This document shows, piece by piece, positions 1 through 11,604 of a stretch of DNA of 64,000 bases (positions are counted from its first letter, which is position 1; each line of letters opens with the position of its first letter). The position numbers and the translations under genes are program-made. Source of the stretch: Malacoraja senta (Eukaryota); the NCBI GenBank assembly GCA_038087875.1, contig JAXLNO010001567.1:1-64000 (forward strand), read 5' to 3'. The notes beneath the pieces are model-generated. The model was not told the origin of the DNA and did not search any database. It worked only from the letters and a program-made list of their open reading frames with translations.

Positions 1-75
1 CAGCATCAGTAGTTCCTTCCTGTACATCGTGCCTTGTGCAGCATTGTTCTGTGTCTCCAAATAGAGTGTAAACAT

Positions 76-2280
76 TCCTCCGTCTACGCCGCATATGCTC
101 CCAGGATGAGGCGTTCCACACCAGGGCATCTGAAGTGTCCTCATTCTTCAGGGAACGGGGGTTCCCCTCCTCCACCATAGATGAGGCTCGCACCAGGGTC
201 TCTGCCATACCCCGCAACACTGCTCTCTCTCCCCATCCCCCCACTCACAACAAGGGCAAAGTCCCCCTAGTCCTCACCTTTCACCCCACCAGCCGTCACA
301 TACAACAAGTGATCCTCCGTCAGTTTCGCCACCTCCAACGTGACCCCACCACTCGCCACATCTTCCCGTGTGATTTAAGATACAAACTTAAAATCACACG
401 GTATTGGGGGTTCAGTATTGATGTGGATAGAGAACTGGCTGGCAAACAGGAAGCAAAGAGTAGGAGTAAACGGGTCCTTTTCACAATGGCAGGCAGTGAC
501 TAGTGGGGTACCGCAAGGCTCAGTGCTGGGACCCCAGCTATTTACAATTTATATTAATGATCTGGACGAGGGAATTGAAAGCAACATCTCCAAGTTTGCG
601 GATGACACTAAGCTGGGGGGCAGTGTTAGCTGTGAGGAGGATGCTAGGAGACTGCAAGGTGACTTGGATAGGCTGGGTGAGTGGGCAAATGTTTGGCAGA
701 TGCAGTATAATGTGGATAAATGTGAGGTTATCCACTTTGGTGGCAAGAACGGGAAGGCAGACTATTATCTAAATGGTGGCCGATTAGGAAATGGGGAGAT
801 GCAGCGAGACCTGGGTGTCATGGTACACCAGTCATTGAAAGTAGGCATGCAGGTGCAGCAGGCAGTGAAGAAAGCGAATGGTATGTTGGCCTTCATAGCA
901 AGAGGATTTGAGTATAGGAGCAGGGAGGTTCTACTGCAGTTGTACAGGGTCTTGGTGAGACCACACCTGGAGTATTGCGTACAGTTTTGGTCTCCAAATC
1001 TGAGGAAGGACATTATAGCCATAGAGGGAGTGCAGAGAAGGTTCACCAGACTGATTCCTGGGATGTCAGGACTTTCATATGAAGAAAGACTGGATAGACT
1101 TGGCTTATACTCGCTAGAATTTAGGAGATTGAGAGGGAATCTTATAGAAACGTACAAAATTCTTATGGGGTTGGACAGGCTAGATGCAGGAAGATTGTTC
1201 CCGATGTTGGGGAAGTCCAGGACAAGGGGTCACAGCTTAAGGATAAGGGGGAAATCCTTTAAGACCGAGATGAGGAAAAACTTTTTCACACAGAGAGTGG
1301 TGAATCTCTGGAACTCTCTGCCACAGAGGGTAGTTGAGGCCAGGTCATTGGCTATATTTAAGAGGGAGTTAGATGTGGCCCTTGTGGCTAAGGGGATCAG
1401 GGGGTATGGAGAGAAGGCCGGTACGGGATACTGAGTTGGATGATCAGCCATGATCATATTGAATGGCGGTGCAGGCTCGAAGGGCCGAATGGCCTACTCC
1501 TGCACCTATTTTCTATGTATCTATGTATCTCCCCCCATGTCTGCCTTCCGCAAAGACCGCTCCCTCCGTAACTCCCTTGTCAATTCTTCCCTTCCCCTCC
1601 CGTACCACCCCCTCCCCGGGTACTTTCCCTTGCAACCGCAAGAGATGCAACACTTGTCCCTTCACCTCCCCCCTCGACTCCATCCAAGGACCCAAGCAGT
1701 CGTTCCAGGTGCGACAGAGGTTCACCTGCATCTCCTCCAACCTCATCTATTGCATCCGCTGCTCTAGATGCCAGCTGATCTACATCGGTGAGACCAAGCA
1801 GAGGCTTGGCGATCGTTTCGACGAACACCTCCGGTAGGTCCGCAATAACCAACTTGACCTCCCGGTGGCTCAGCACTTCAACTCCCCCTCCCATTCCGTA
1901 TCTGACCTCTCTGTCCTGGGTCTCCTCCATGGCCACAGCGAGCAACACCGTAAATTGGAGGAAATGCACCTCATATTCCGCTTGGGTAGTCTACATCCTG
2001 GTAGCTTGAACATTGAATTCTCCCAACTCTGCTAGCCCTTGCTGTCCCCTCCCCTCCATCAGCCCTCTGGTTGTCTCCTCCCCTCCCCCAGCCCTCGGGC
2101 TCCTCCTCCGCCTTTTTTCCTTTTTTCCTTTCTTCTCCCCACCCCCTTTCAGTCTGAAGAAGGGTTTCGGCCCGAAACGTTGCCTATTTCCTTCGCTCCA
2201 CAGATGCTGCTGCACCCGCTGAGTTTCTCCAGCATTTTTGTGTACCTTCGATTTTCCAGCATCTGCAGTTCCTTCTTTAA
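76..2280 (+). mobile_element. Penelope-like element fragment (RT end, GIY-YIG endonuclease, pseudo-LTR), split by a CR1 insertion at 368-1526
   Basis: ORF 1463-1837 contains the GIY-YIG motif NLIYCIRCSRCQLIYIGET. The sequence on each side of the CR1 (cacatcttccc / atctccccccatgtctgcc) joins to match the uninterrupted copy near 12.3 kb. Confidence 0.9.
368..1526 (+). mobile_element. 5'-truncated CR1-type LINE with an open RT C-terminal ORF (418-1434)
   Basis: Motifs GVPQGSVLGP, FADDTK and RPHLEYCVQFW are present, and the 3' UTR ends in short tandem repeats (ttctatgtatctatgt). Confidence 0.93.
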
Positions 2281-2623
2281 CACAACAGAGTGTAAATAAA
2301 ACCTGGCATCCTCTGTGCCATTTAAATTAATTATGATTGATGTATATTTTTATTGCAATCTTACAAAGTATTCCACAATACACCACTCGGCAGCATTCAG
2401 TGGATGGTGCCTGAGGCAAGGCAGCTCTTTGAACTAGTTCATGGATCACATGTGTATTCTTTTCACATTGTCTTTTACAATTTAGTTGACCAATTAGTTT
2501 AAATATTTTTCCCCCAAGTTACTGAACTTTTTCCACAGGAAGTACTTTTTTATGGCCCATTCTAGTGAGAATATTGATGACTGAAAAACAAGAAAACTGT
2601 TCTTCTGTACTCACTCTAAACTC

Positions 2624-3515
2624 ATGACTGCGTAGCCAGACGTAGTCCGAACTCCATCATCAAGTTCGCCGACGACACCACTGTTGTGGGACGAATCACT
2701 GATGGTGATGAGTCAGAGTATATTAGTGAGATCGACCGATTGACCAAATGGTGCCAGCACAATAACCCGGCCCTCAACACCAGTAAAACCAAGGAACTGA
2801 TTGTGGACTTTGGAAGAGGTAGGATAGGAACCCACAATCCCGTTTATATCCCGGGACGATGGTGGAAAGGGTCAAGAACTTCAAATTCTGGGCGTGCGTA
2901 TTTCCGAAGATCTTTCCAGGTCCCAACACACTGATGCAATCATAAAGAAGGCACAGCAGCGCATCTACTTCCTGAGAAGTTTACGGAGAGTTTGTATGTC
3001 AAGGAGGACTCTCTCGGACATCTACAGGTGCACAGTAGAGAGCATGCTGACTGGTTGCATCGTGGCTGGGTTCGGCAACTTGAACGTCCAGGAGCGGAAA
3101 AGAATCCACAAAGTTTGTGACTACTGCCCAGTCCATCTTCGGCTCTGACCTCCCTTCCATCGAAGGGATCCATCGCAGTCGCTGCCTCAAACTGGCTGCC
3201 AACAGACCCGCACCATCCTGGCCACACACTCATCTCTCCGTTGCCATCAGGAAGAAGGTGCAGGAGCTTGAAATCTGGAACATCCAGGTTCAAGAACAGC
3301 TTCTTCCCCATAGCCATCAGGCTATTAAACACGACATCAAACAAACTCTGAACAATAACAGCCTATTGCACTTTAAATGTTTATTTATTGTGTATATATA
3401 TGGTCTATGGTATACAGACACACTGAACTTTTATCTCTGTATTATGTTTACATATTCTGTTGTGCTGCAGCAAGCAAGAATTCATTGTCCTATCTGGGAC
3501 ACATGACAAAAAAAC
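2624..3515 (+). mobile_element. Rex1/Babar-type LINE 3' fragment, decayed
   Basis: Translates to HDC...NSIIKFADDTTVVG and KKAQQRIYFLRSL, with frameshifts. Related fragments lie at about 17050-17340, 24400-25130, 30390-30885 and 56940-57540. Confidence 0.8.
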
Positions 3516-3544
3516 TCTCTTGACTTTTGGGCAGCACTATTATG

Positions 3545-3905
3545 GGTGGCACGGTGCAGTAGAGGTAGAGTGACTACCTCACAGTGCCAGAGACCCAGGT
3601 TCTGTAGACCTGGTAGAGTGACTGCCTCACAGTGCCAGAGACCCGGGTTCGATCCTAACTATAGGTGCTGTCTGTATGGAGTTTGTACGTTCTCCCTGTG
3701 ATCTGCATGGGTTTTCTCCAAGACCATCGATTTCCTCCCACACTCCAAAGACATACATGTTTATAGGTTAATGGGCTTGGTGTAAATATTAAATTGTCCC
3801 AGGTTTGTGTGTAGGGTAGCGTTAAGGTGTGGGAATCGCTGTCCGGTGCAGACTCGGTGGGCCAAAGGGCCTGTTTCTGCTCTATATCTCTAAACTAAAC
3901 TATTA
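3545..3905 (+). mobile_element. HE1-like tRNA-derived SINE
   Basis: It has an A/B-box head (ggtggcacggtg...gggttcgatcc), a conserved body and a (taaac)n tail. Other copies lie at about 5300-5592(-), 10830-11135(-), 23140-23655(-), 27404-27708(+), 28313-28622(-), 41955-42278(+), 53385-54020(+, two copies), 55205-55500(+) and 58075-58378(-). Confidence 0.85.
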
Positions 3906-4179
3906 ACGTGTGCACCAAATCACTGAGGAGAATAAAGTCATCGAACACAGAAACTTGTGTCATAGTTTAAAAATAAGGGATAGACCATTTAGGAATGAGA
4001 TAAGGAAAAACGTTTTCACCCAGAGAGTTGTATATCTGTGGTCTTCTCTGCCACAGAAGGCAGTGGAGACCAATTCACTGGATGTTTTCAAGATAGAGTT
4101 AGATTTAGCTCTTAGGGCTAATGGAATCAAGGGTATGGGTAAAAAGCAGGAACGGGGTACTGATTTTGGATGATCAGCA

Positions 4180-4660
4180 TGCGTGCTGGCGCAGTCTTCA
4201 CCTTCTGACATCTAGATTATGAAGGGTATCTTCAACTCAAAACCTCCCAGGCCTAGGGACGTGGAGATATGGGTTGTTAACATTGTGCTACATCAATTCG
4301 CCGGTGGGCTCCAGCTACATCCCTGTCCTTGGTCAAACTCACTTACTAGTGATTATGCTCATGGCGCTGAGTTCAGCGCAACGGGTCCAGTCATTGCATA
4401 AGTTAACACTGGATAGGAAGATCTGCGGGCAATAATAAGGTTTTATGTTTATGACTTAGTCAAGCAGAGTAGACCAGGGGCATAAGGTCAAACTAGATGT
4501 TTGCATATCCCATGGACCTTGGGTTGTGTGGGGTCACACATCTACACCAGAATGTTAAGGTCCCTAAGAGCCTTATAGACTCTGAACTAGCAATATTGTT
4601 AGTTACATAAAACCTCGTTAGAAGGTATCACTACAGACCATCTCCAGGGGGTTAAACGGG
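4180..4660 (+). mobile_element. Decayed DIRS-type tyrosine recombinase fragment
   Basis: Hand translation gives MKGIFNSKPPRPR..EIWVVNIVL, LLVIMLMALSSAQRVQSLHKL and SYIKPR.KVSLQTISR, which resemble the recombinase ORF of DIRS-like retroelements. Confidence 0.7.
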
Positions 4661-6514
4661 TCTGGCTTACGTGCCTACTCCTGCACCTACAGTATTTTCT
4701 ATGTTTCCATGTAAATCTCACATTCCAATTAATCTCCTCTCTCAATTTTCCCACCACCCACATTCACTTGGGGAAAATTACCTTCCAGTCAAATAACCTG
4801 ATCCTACCTCACAAATGTTTATAAACACTTTAAGTGTAACCTTGTTAAATGTCTTCTGAACAGAAGTGATTCATCTTCCCATTTTTTCTACCATCTCAAA
4901 AATGTACATACTTCAGCCGGCATAACTACACTTTTACACATCCTTACTCTTCTCTCTGATAAATTCACAGCAGGTCAAGAGCACAATTGCTCAAGCCCTG
5001 AGGAATGTATTGCTGGACTCGTCTCTCAATATTAATCAGCAAAAGACCCATGTTCTAGGCTATGATTACATTACAAATCTATCAAACAACCTTTCCATTT
5101 TCAGTGGAAAATAAGGTAAAATAATGACATGTTGCTATAAACTTGACACAGAAATATAACATGTTGGAAATGATCCAACAGCATCTGTGGAGGTAAATAG
5201 AGTTGCAACAATTTAGTTGCCAAATTAAATGATGAAGGTCTAGAACGTGAATTCAGATTTCCTCTCCTTAGGCTTGAACTTTTCCTTGCTTTCTGGGTAT
5301 TTAGTTTAATTTAGAGATACAGTGCAGAAACCGGTCCTTCAGCCCACCGAATCCTCGCCGACCAGCGATCCCTGCACACTATCACTATTCTATGCACGCT
5401 TGGGACAATTTAGAATTTTACTGAGCAAATTGGTATGTCATTGGAGTGTGGGAGGAATCCGGAGCACCCGGAGGAAACCTGCGCCTGTCATAGGAAGTAC
5501 GTACAAACTCCTTGCAGACTGAAACCGTAGTCAGGATCAAACCCGGGTCCTTGCGCTGTAAGGCAGCAGATCAGCCACTGCACCACCGTGCCAAACCATA
5601 TTTTTAGCATTTCCTGCCAAATCCTAAACTGTATCAGAAGATGACTTCTCATGCAGTCTTGGTCTTATGTCATTTCAAATATTGTTTTGAAAATATTACT
5701 ACATACTCTAGGTATGTTACAAAACTTTCCTTCAGCGGCGCTGCAGTTCTGTCACTGCCCGTGTGCGCGACTTTGGCGCCTTTGAGAGGGGGGCGGGTTT
5801 AAAATGCGATATTTCGGCAGCCTGTTCTAAACGATCTTGAACAGGTTAAATAGTTGATGAAGAAAAATCGCTTCGACTGCCGTTTTATTAAGTTTATTAA
5901 AATTAGCGCTTTATAATTTAATTGTTGGAGTAAAATTAAAATCATCTTCAAATGCCGTCAACGCCGACAACGGGACGGATTTCACGCACGGGACAAGGCA
6001 AGGTACACCGTTTATTTTTTCATATAAACTTGCTTCTTAGGATGCCTTTAATAAAAATTTCAAGTTGCGAAAATGTGATTATGTAAATATACCAACCGGC
6101 AGTATTTTTCCTGCCGATATTGGGGTTTAATTCAGTGTAACCGCAACGTTCCAAACCAGCGCGTTCCACAAAATCCACTCGCAAGATGATTTAAATGGCC
6201 ATTAATTTACAGGAATTAAACACTAAATTCCTTCCATTTGGCCTATAAATTAATGACAATGAGATTAAAAATAATGTTTTATTGTGAATTCTTGTGTGAA
6301 TGTTATTTGGACACTTAGGCTTTTTAAAAATGTTAACTTTTTCTTAAGAAATGGATAGATATTTAGATCTAGTAATTGAATTTTGTAATTAGCTACAATT
6401 GGGTAACTAACTAATTATATGCTTTAATTTCAGGTCATCTAAGTAAGATTGTTTCATATTTGTTTCAGAATGCTTCAATCTATAATAACTGAAAATTTCA
6501 TTAAGTTCTCTTTA

Positions 6515-7160
6515 AGGCTCTGTCCCACAGGTTTGCGGTCATTGGCGGTGAAGCGCGGCGTCGCCGGAAGAGGGGACCGCATGACAACCGCGAGATCGCC
6601 GCACGGATGCTGCGCGGGGGCCGAGTGATCTCCTTACGGCCGGTTCCACGAGCCTGCGGCGTCGGGTGATGACGACATCATGCAACGCGACGCGCTACGC
6701 TATGACATTATCGCGCAATGCGACGCGCTACGCGATGACGTCATTTCGTATCGCGGGGCTGTGGCGGCGGTAGTGGTGATCGCGGCGCTGTGACGGCGGC
6801 TGTGGCAGTGCCCGTGCCGCACACGTGCCTCACTGGCGGCGGCTGTGGCGGTGCCCGTGCCGCACACTTGCCTCACTGGCGGCGGCTGTGGCGGTGAAAG
6901 TTGGACTCACGGCGCTCGTGCCGCACTGGCGGCGGCAGTGGCGGTGCCCGTGCTGCACTTGTGCCTCGCTGGCGGCGGCTGTGCGGTAGGAAAAGATTTT
7001 TCAACATTGTTGGTTTTTTGTGAGCACCGTGCGGTGTTGGGACCAACGCCGCACGGCCCCGGCAGAGTGCGTTTGACCGAACCCGCGGTCTCTGGCGGTC
7101 CACGAGCGGTAGATACTTCCTGTTTCACCGCCAATGATCGCAAACTCGTGAGACAGGCCT
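6515..7160. mobile_element. PIF/Harbinger-type MITE nested in the hAT-like element
   Basis: TIRs AGGCTCTGTCCCAC and GTGAGACAGGCCT, with a TTA TSD at 6512-6514 and 7161-7163. Confidence 0.8.
6795..6987. repeat. CpG-rich minisatellite of about 43 bp, 4-5 imperfect units
   Basis: Repeated unit ggcggcggctgtggcggtgcccgtgccgcacacttgcctcact. Confidence 0.85.
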
Positions 7161-7529
7161 TTAATTTCTAAGAACGTTATGGGCTTTTGACTGTCCTCGA
7201 TCACAGCTTTTGTGTTAAGTCAATGGAAAAGCAATAGGGAACAAGATACTAATTTACGAGTATGAAAATGGCCATAACTTTTTTAATACTGAAGATATGA
7301 AAGTGAATTAGGTGTCAAATTAAACTTCTTTTATGCTTTATCTGATGGGATAAATTGCAGACTTGATTTTTAAAATCTCAAAATTTTGTAACATTGCTAC
7401 ATACTCCAGCAAATGGTTTATGAATAATAGAAGTGACTTACTGTACCAGTTAAAAATCATTGTGAAAAACTTAATTCCCTCCAAATTTCATTCCCTTCTG
7501 TTGTGCAGCAAGTAAGAATTTCATTGTCC

Positions 7530-8310
7530 TATCTGGGACATATGACAATAAAACACTATCTAACTGGAGTCAAGTTGGGAAAAGGGGAAGTACAACGGGA
7601 TCTGGGGGTCCTTGTACATCAGTCTATGAAAGTAAGCATGCAGGTACAGCAGGCAGTGAAGAGAGCGAATGGCATGTTGGCCTTCATAACAAGAGGAATC
7701 AAATATAGGAGCAAAGAGGTCGTTCTGCAGTTGTACAGAGCCCCAGTGAGACCACACCTGGAGTATTGTGTGCAGTTTTGGTCCCCTAATTTGAGGAAGG
7801 ACATTCTTGCTATCGAGGGAGTGCAGCGTAGGTTTACAAAGTTAATTCTCGGGATGGCGGGACTGTCATATGCTGAGAGAATGGAGCAGCTGGGCTTGTA
7901 CACTCTGGAGTTTAGAAGGATGAGAGGGGATCTCATTGAAACATATAAGATTGTTAAGGGCTTGGACACGCTAGAGGCAGGAAACATGTTCCCGATGTTG
8001 GGGGAGTCCAGAACCAGGTGCCACAGTTTAAGAATAAGGAGTAAGCCATTTAGAACGGAGACGAGGAAACACTTTTTATCAGAGAGAGTGGTGAGTCTGT
8101 GGAATTCTCTGCCTCAGAGGGCGGTGGAGGCAGGTTCTCTGGATGTTTTCAAGAGAGAGCTAGATAGGGCTCTTAAAAATAGCGGAGTCAGGCGATATGG
8201 GGAGAAGGCAGGAACGGGGTACTGATTGGGGACGATCAGCCATGATCACATTGAATGGTGGTGCTGGCTCGAAGGGCCGAACGGCCTACTCCTGCACCTA
8301 TTGTCTATTG
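7530..8310 (+). mobile_element. CR1-type LINE 3' fragment
   Basis: ORF 7503-8225 is homologous to ORF 418-1434 and has the same 3' UTR. Further CR1 fragments lie at about 18600-18960(-), 30940-31790, 34180-35400, 37560-38100, 41460-41950, 43430-43850, 60990-61450 and 63640-64000. Confidence 0.9.
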
Positions 8311-11300
8311 TCTATAATACTCTTGACTCTTGAAGATGTGAGGAAAGGTCTCAACCTGAAATGTCACCTATTTCTTTTTACCAGAAATGCTGCACTGAGT
8401 TACTCCAGCATTTTGTGTCTATCTTCAGTGTAAACCAGCATCTGCAGTTCCTTCTTACAAAGATGTTCCTCTACCACCTGAGTTCCTACAGTAGTTGTTT
8501 TTATGATACTAGGTTGACATGCAATTGAGACATGCTGTGAGCTTTCCTTCAAAGCAGGAGGACAATTAAGCCCATATGCTCAATCCATGCACATTTTTAC
8601 CAATGACGTATTGTAAAGCCTTAACAGTACAATTTACATTCAGCTTTCAGATAATGCATTCGACCACAAACAGATGTCTATCTCATTAAATTCTACCAGA
8701 TAAGGCTTGGAAAGTCTGAAAAGGGGTCTCGACCCGAAACGTTACCCATTCCTTCTCTCCAGAGATGCTGCCTGTCCCGCTGAGTTACTCCAGCTTTCTG
8801 TGTCTATCATTGAAAGACATTCTCCCTCCCCCACACTTCCTGCAGCTTAACATGCTTCTTTTTTTTCTCCTGGAAAAAGACACAAAGTGCTGGGACAACT
8901 CGACGGGTCAGGCAGTATCATTGGAAAACATGGATATGTGGTGTTGTGGAACAGGATCCTTCTTCAGACTAATTGTGGGAGGTTGGGGGGCGGGTTGGTA
9001 TGGGCATTGTAGAGGGGGAAGGGGGAGGGGGAGATGAAATTAACTGGATGAAAGGAGGGGCAGGTAATATGTGGACATAGGTGAGGAGGCGGTAATGGGG
9101 GGAGTTGATAGGGAGATTATTGGACAAGGGCCAGAGTTAAAAATACAGAAGGTGCGCAACAAAATAATTGAAAAGTTGCAAATGGCAAATTTAGAAGGAA
9201 GGGGATGAGGAGGAATATAGGTGCTAGTCCAGGTGGGCTACAGGGGAGGGGGGCAACAGTGGGGAGAAATATGGGTGTGGGGGAGAAAGGGGAGGAGGAG
9301 GAGAGTAGGGCTTAGGTTTCCTAAATTTGGCGAGTTCAATGTTCACACCATCAGGTTGAAAGCTACCCAAGAAGAATGTTAGGGGCTGTTTGCATGTGAC
9401 CTCACACTGGCAATGGAGGAGACCCAAAACAGAAAGGTCAATATGGCAATGGGAAAGGAAGTTCAAATGGTTAGCAACCAGGAGATCCAGTGCAGAAGTC
9501 CATGGCAGATCAAGTGCATATTTTCGGCGAAATGGTCGTGGAGTCAATGCTTGGTCTCGTCGATATACAGAAGGCCACATTGGGAACACCGGATGCAATA
9601 GATCAGTTTAGAGAAGGTGTACATGAACCTCGTCTCACCTAGAAGGGCTGCTGTGGTCCCTCGAGGCAGACCACAGAGGAGGTACAGGAATAGATGTTAC
9701 ATCCGCAGTTGCAGGGGAGATTACCTGGGATGCGATGGTTTGGGTGGGAAGTGATGAGAATTTTAGGTAACCTACCCCCCCCATTTCTTGCCCTCCCCTG
9801 TGCCCCATCTGGACTTGCATCTATTTCTGCCCTCCCCCGTCCCGTTCATCCATTCCTCTATTTTCACAATTCACCATTCTTTAATTCCTTTTGTCTTTTC
9901 ATCTCTGGCCTTTGTCCAATCATTTGCCGGTCGGAAAATCCTCTCTGCAACATTTTAGTTTAGTTTATTGTTACGTGTACAGAGGTACAGTGAAAAGCTT
10001 TTGTTGCCTGCTAACCAGTCAGCGTAAAGACAATACATGATTACAAACTAACAATTTACAATGTAGAGATACATGGTGAGGGAACAACATTTAGTGCAAG
10101 GTAAAGCCAGTAAAGTCCGATCAAAGAAAGTACGAGGGTCACCAATGATGCAGATAGTAGTTCAGGACTGCTCTCTCATTTTGGTATCTATCACCTATCA
10201 TCTGCCATACTTTGTTCTGCCCCTCCTCTCTTCTAGCTTTATTTACCCCCACAATCAGTTTGAAGAATGGTCCTGACCCAAAACCTTAGCATCCCACGCT
10301 CTCCAGTAATGCTGCCTGTCCCACTGAGTTATTCCAACACTGTATCTTTTTATGTTAACCAGCATCTTCAGTTCCTCCTTTCTTCTTTCTCCTCCTTCCC
10401 AGTCCTGAAGGGTCTCTGGCCTGAAACATTAGCTCTGCTTTCCTGCCCACAGATGCGGCCTGACCTACTGCATATTGCCAGTGTATTCGGTATTTTACTA
10501 AAGTCAATTTTAATAATACTATTCCTGCATGCATTAATGAATTACTATCCTTTTCAACTATGTTCAAGGTATGAACATTTCAGCATGCAATTCTACCGTA
10601 AAAAGATCATAAAAATACCAAACAACAGTGTTATTCAAACAAGTAGTTATATATCGAGACATGTTGGAATCTTGAGCAATGAAATACTGGAGGAACTCAG
10701 TGAGTCAGGGAGCATCCGTGGCTGGAATGGACAGGTAATGTTTTGAGTCAGGACCCGTCTTCAGTAGTTTAAATAGTTTTGAATCTAGCTACTTGCAATA
10801 AATCAGTAATTTTAGTGGGTGTTAAGGTTAGTTTAGAGTTATAGCGGAAACAAGCCCTTCGGCCCACTGAGTCCATGCTGACCATTGATCTCCCATTCAC
10901 TCTAGTTATTCCACTTTCTTGTCCACTCTTTATACACTAGGGGCAATTTACATAGGCCAATTAACCTACAAAGCTGCATGCCTTTGGGTTGTGGGAGGAA
11001 ACCGGAACACCTGGAGGAAACCCACTCGGTCACAGTGAAAATGTGCAAACTCCACATAGACAGACCTGAAGTCAGGATTGAACCTGGGTCTCTGGCGCTA
11101 TGAGGTAGCAACTCTCTACCATTGCACCACTGTGCTGTACTTCACAAAACCCATTTGCCAGATCAACACACGTAAATGGCAAAGAAAATCAAAGGAGCAT
11201 TGGCGGCCATGGGTGCCAGTGTTATATGGAAAATAAATTGGGAGGAATAGGACTGATGAATGAAAGAATGATTGAATGATACTCTATTGTCACATGTACC

Positions 11301-11604
11301 CAAGGTATCTGTGTATAGTGAAATGCTTTGTTTTCCACACAACCTCAGTCTATCCTTGACCGGACTTTGCTGGCTTCACCTTGCATTAAACATTATTCCT
11401 TTATCATGTGTCTCTACACTGTAAATGGATTGATTGTAATCATGTATTGTCTTTCTACTGACTGGTTAGTAAGCAACAAAAAGCTTTTCACTGTATCTCG
11501 GTACACGTGACAATAAATTAAACTGAACCTAGGCAGTACAAATATGTCGTCATGTGTTGGCGCAGACAAAGTTACAAAGTACCGAACAGTCCTATCCACT
11601 GGTA

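Larger units (their letters stand above)
5709..7399. mobile_element. Non-autonomous hAT-like DNA transposon
   Basis: Imperfect TIRs TAGGTATGTTACAAAA and TTTTGTAACATTGCTA are flanked by a 7-8 bp direct repeat, (a)catactc. Confidence 0.7.

Noticed and set aside
2349-2580. Strong minus-strand acceptor (ttttcttgtttttcag at 2581) followed by AATAAA at 2349-2354; a similar acceptor lies at 22955
   Set aside because: All frames stop quickly, no product is recognisable, and no upstream exon could be linked.
4970-5116. Plus-strand exon-like stretch open for about 47 codons (QVKSTIAQALRNVLLDSS...)
   Set aside because: It ends in a stop before the donor and has no homology or partner exons that I can support.
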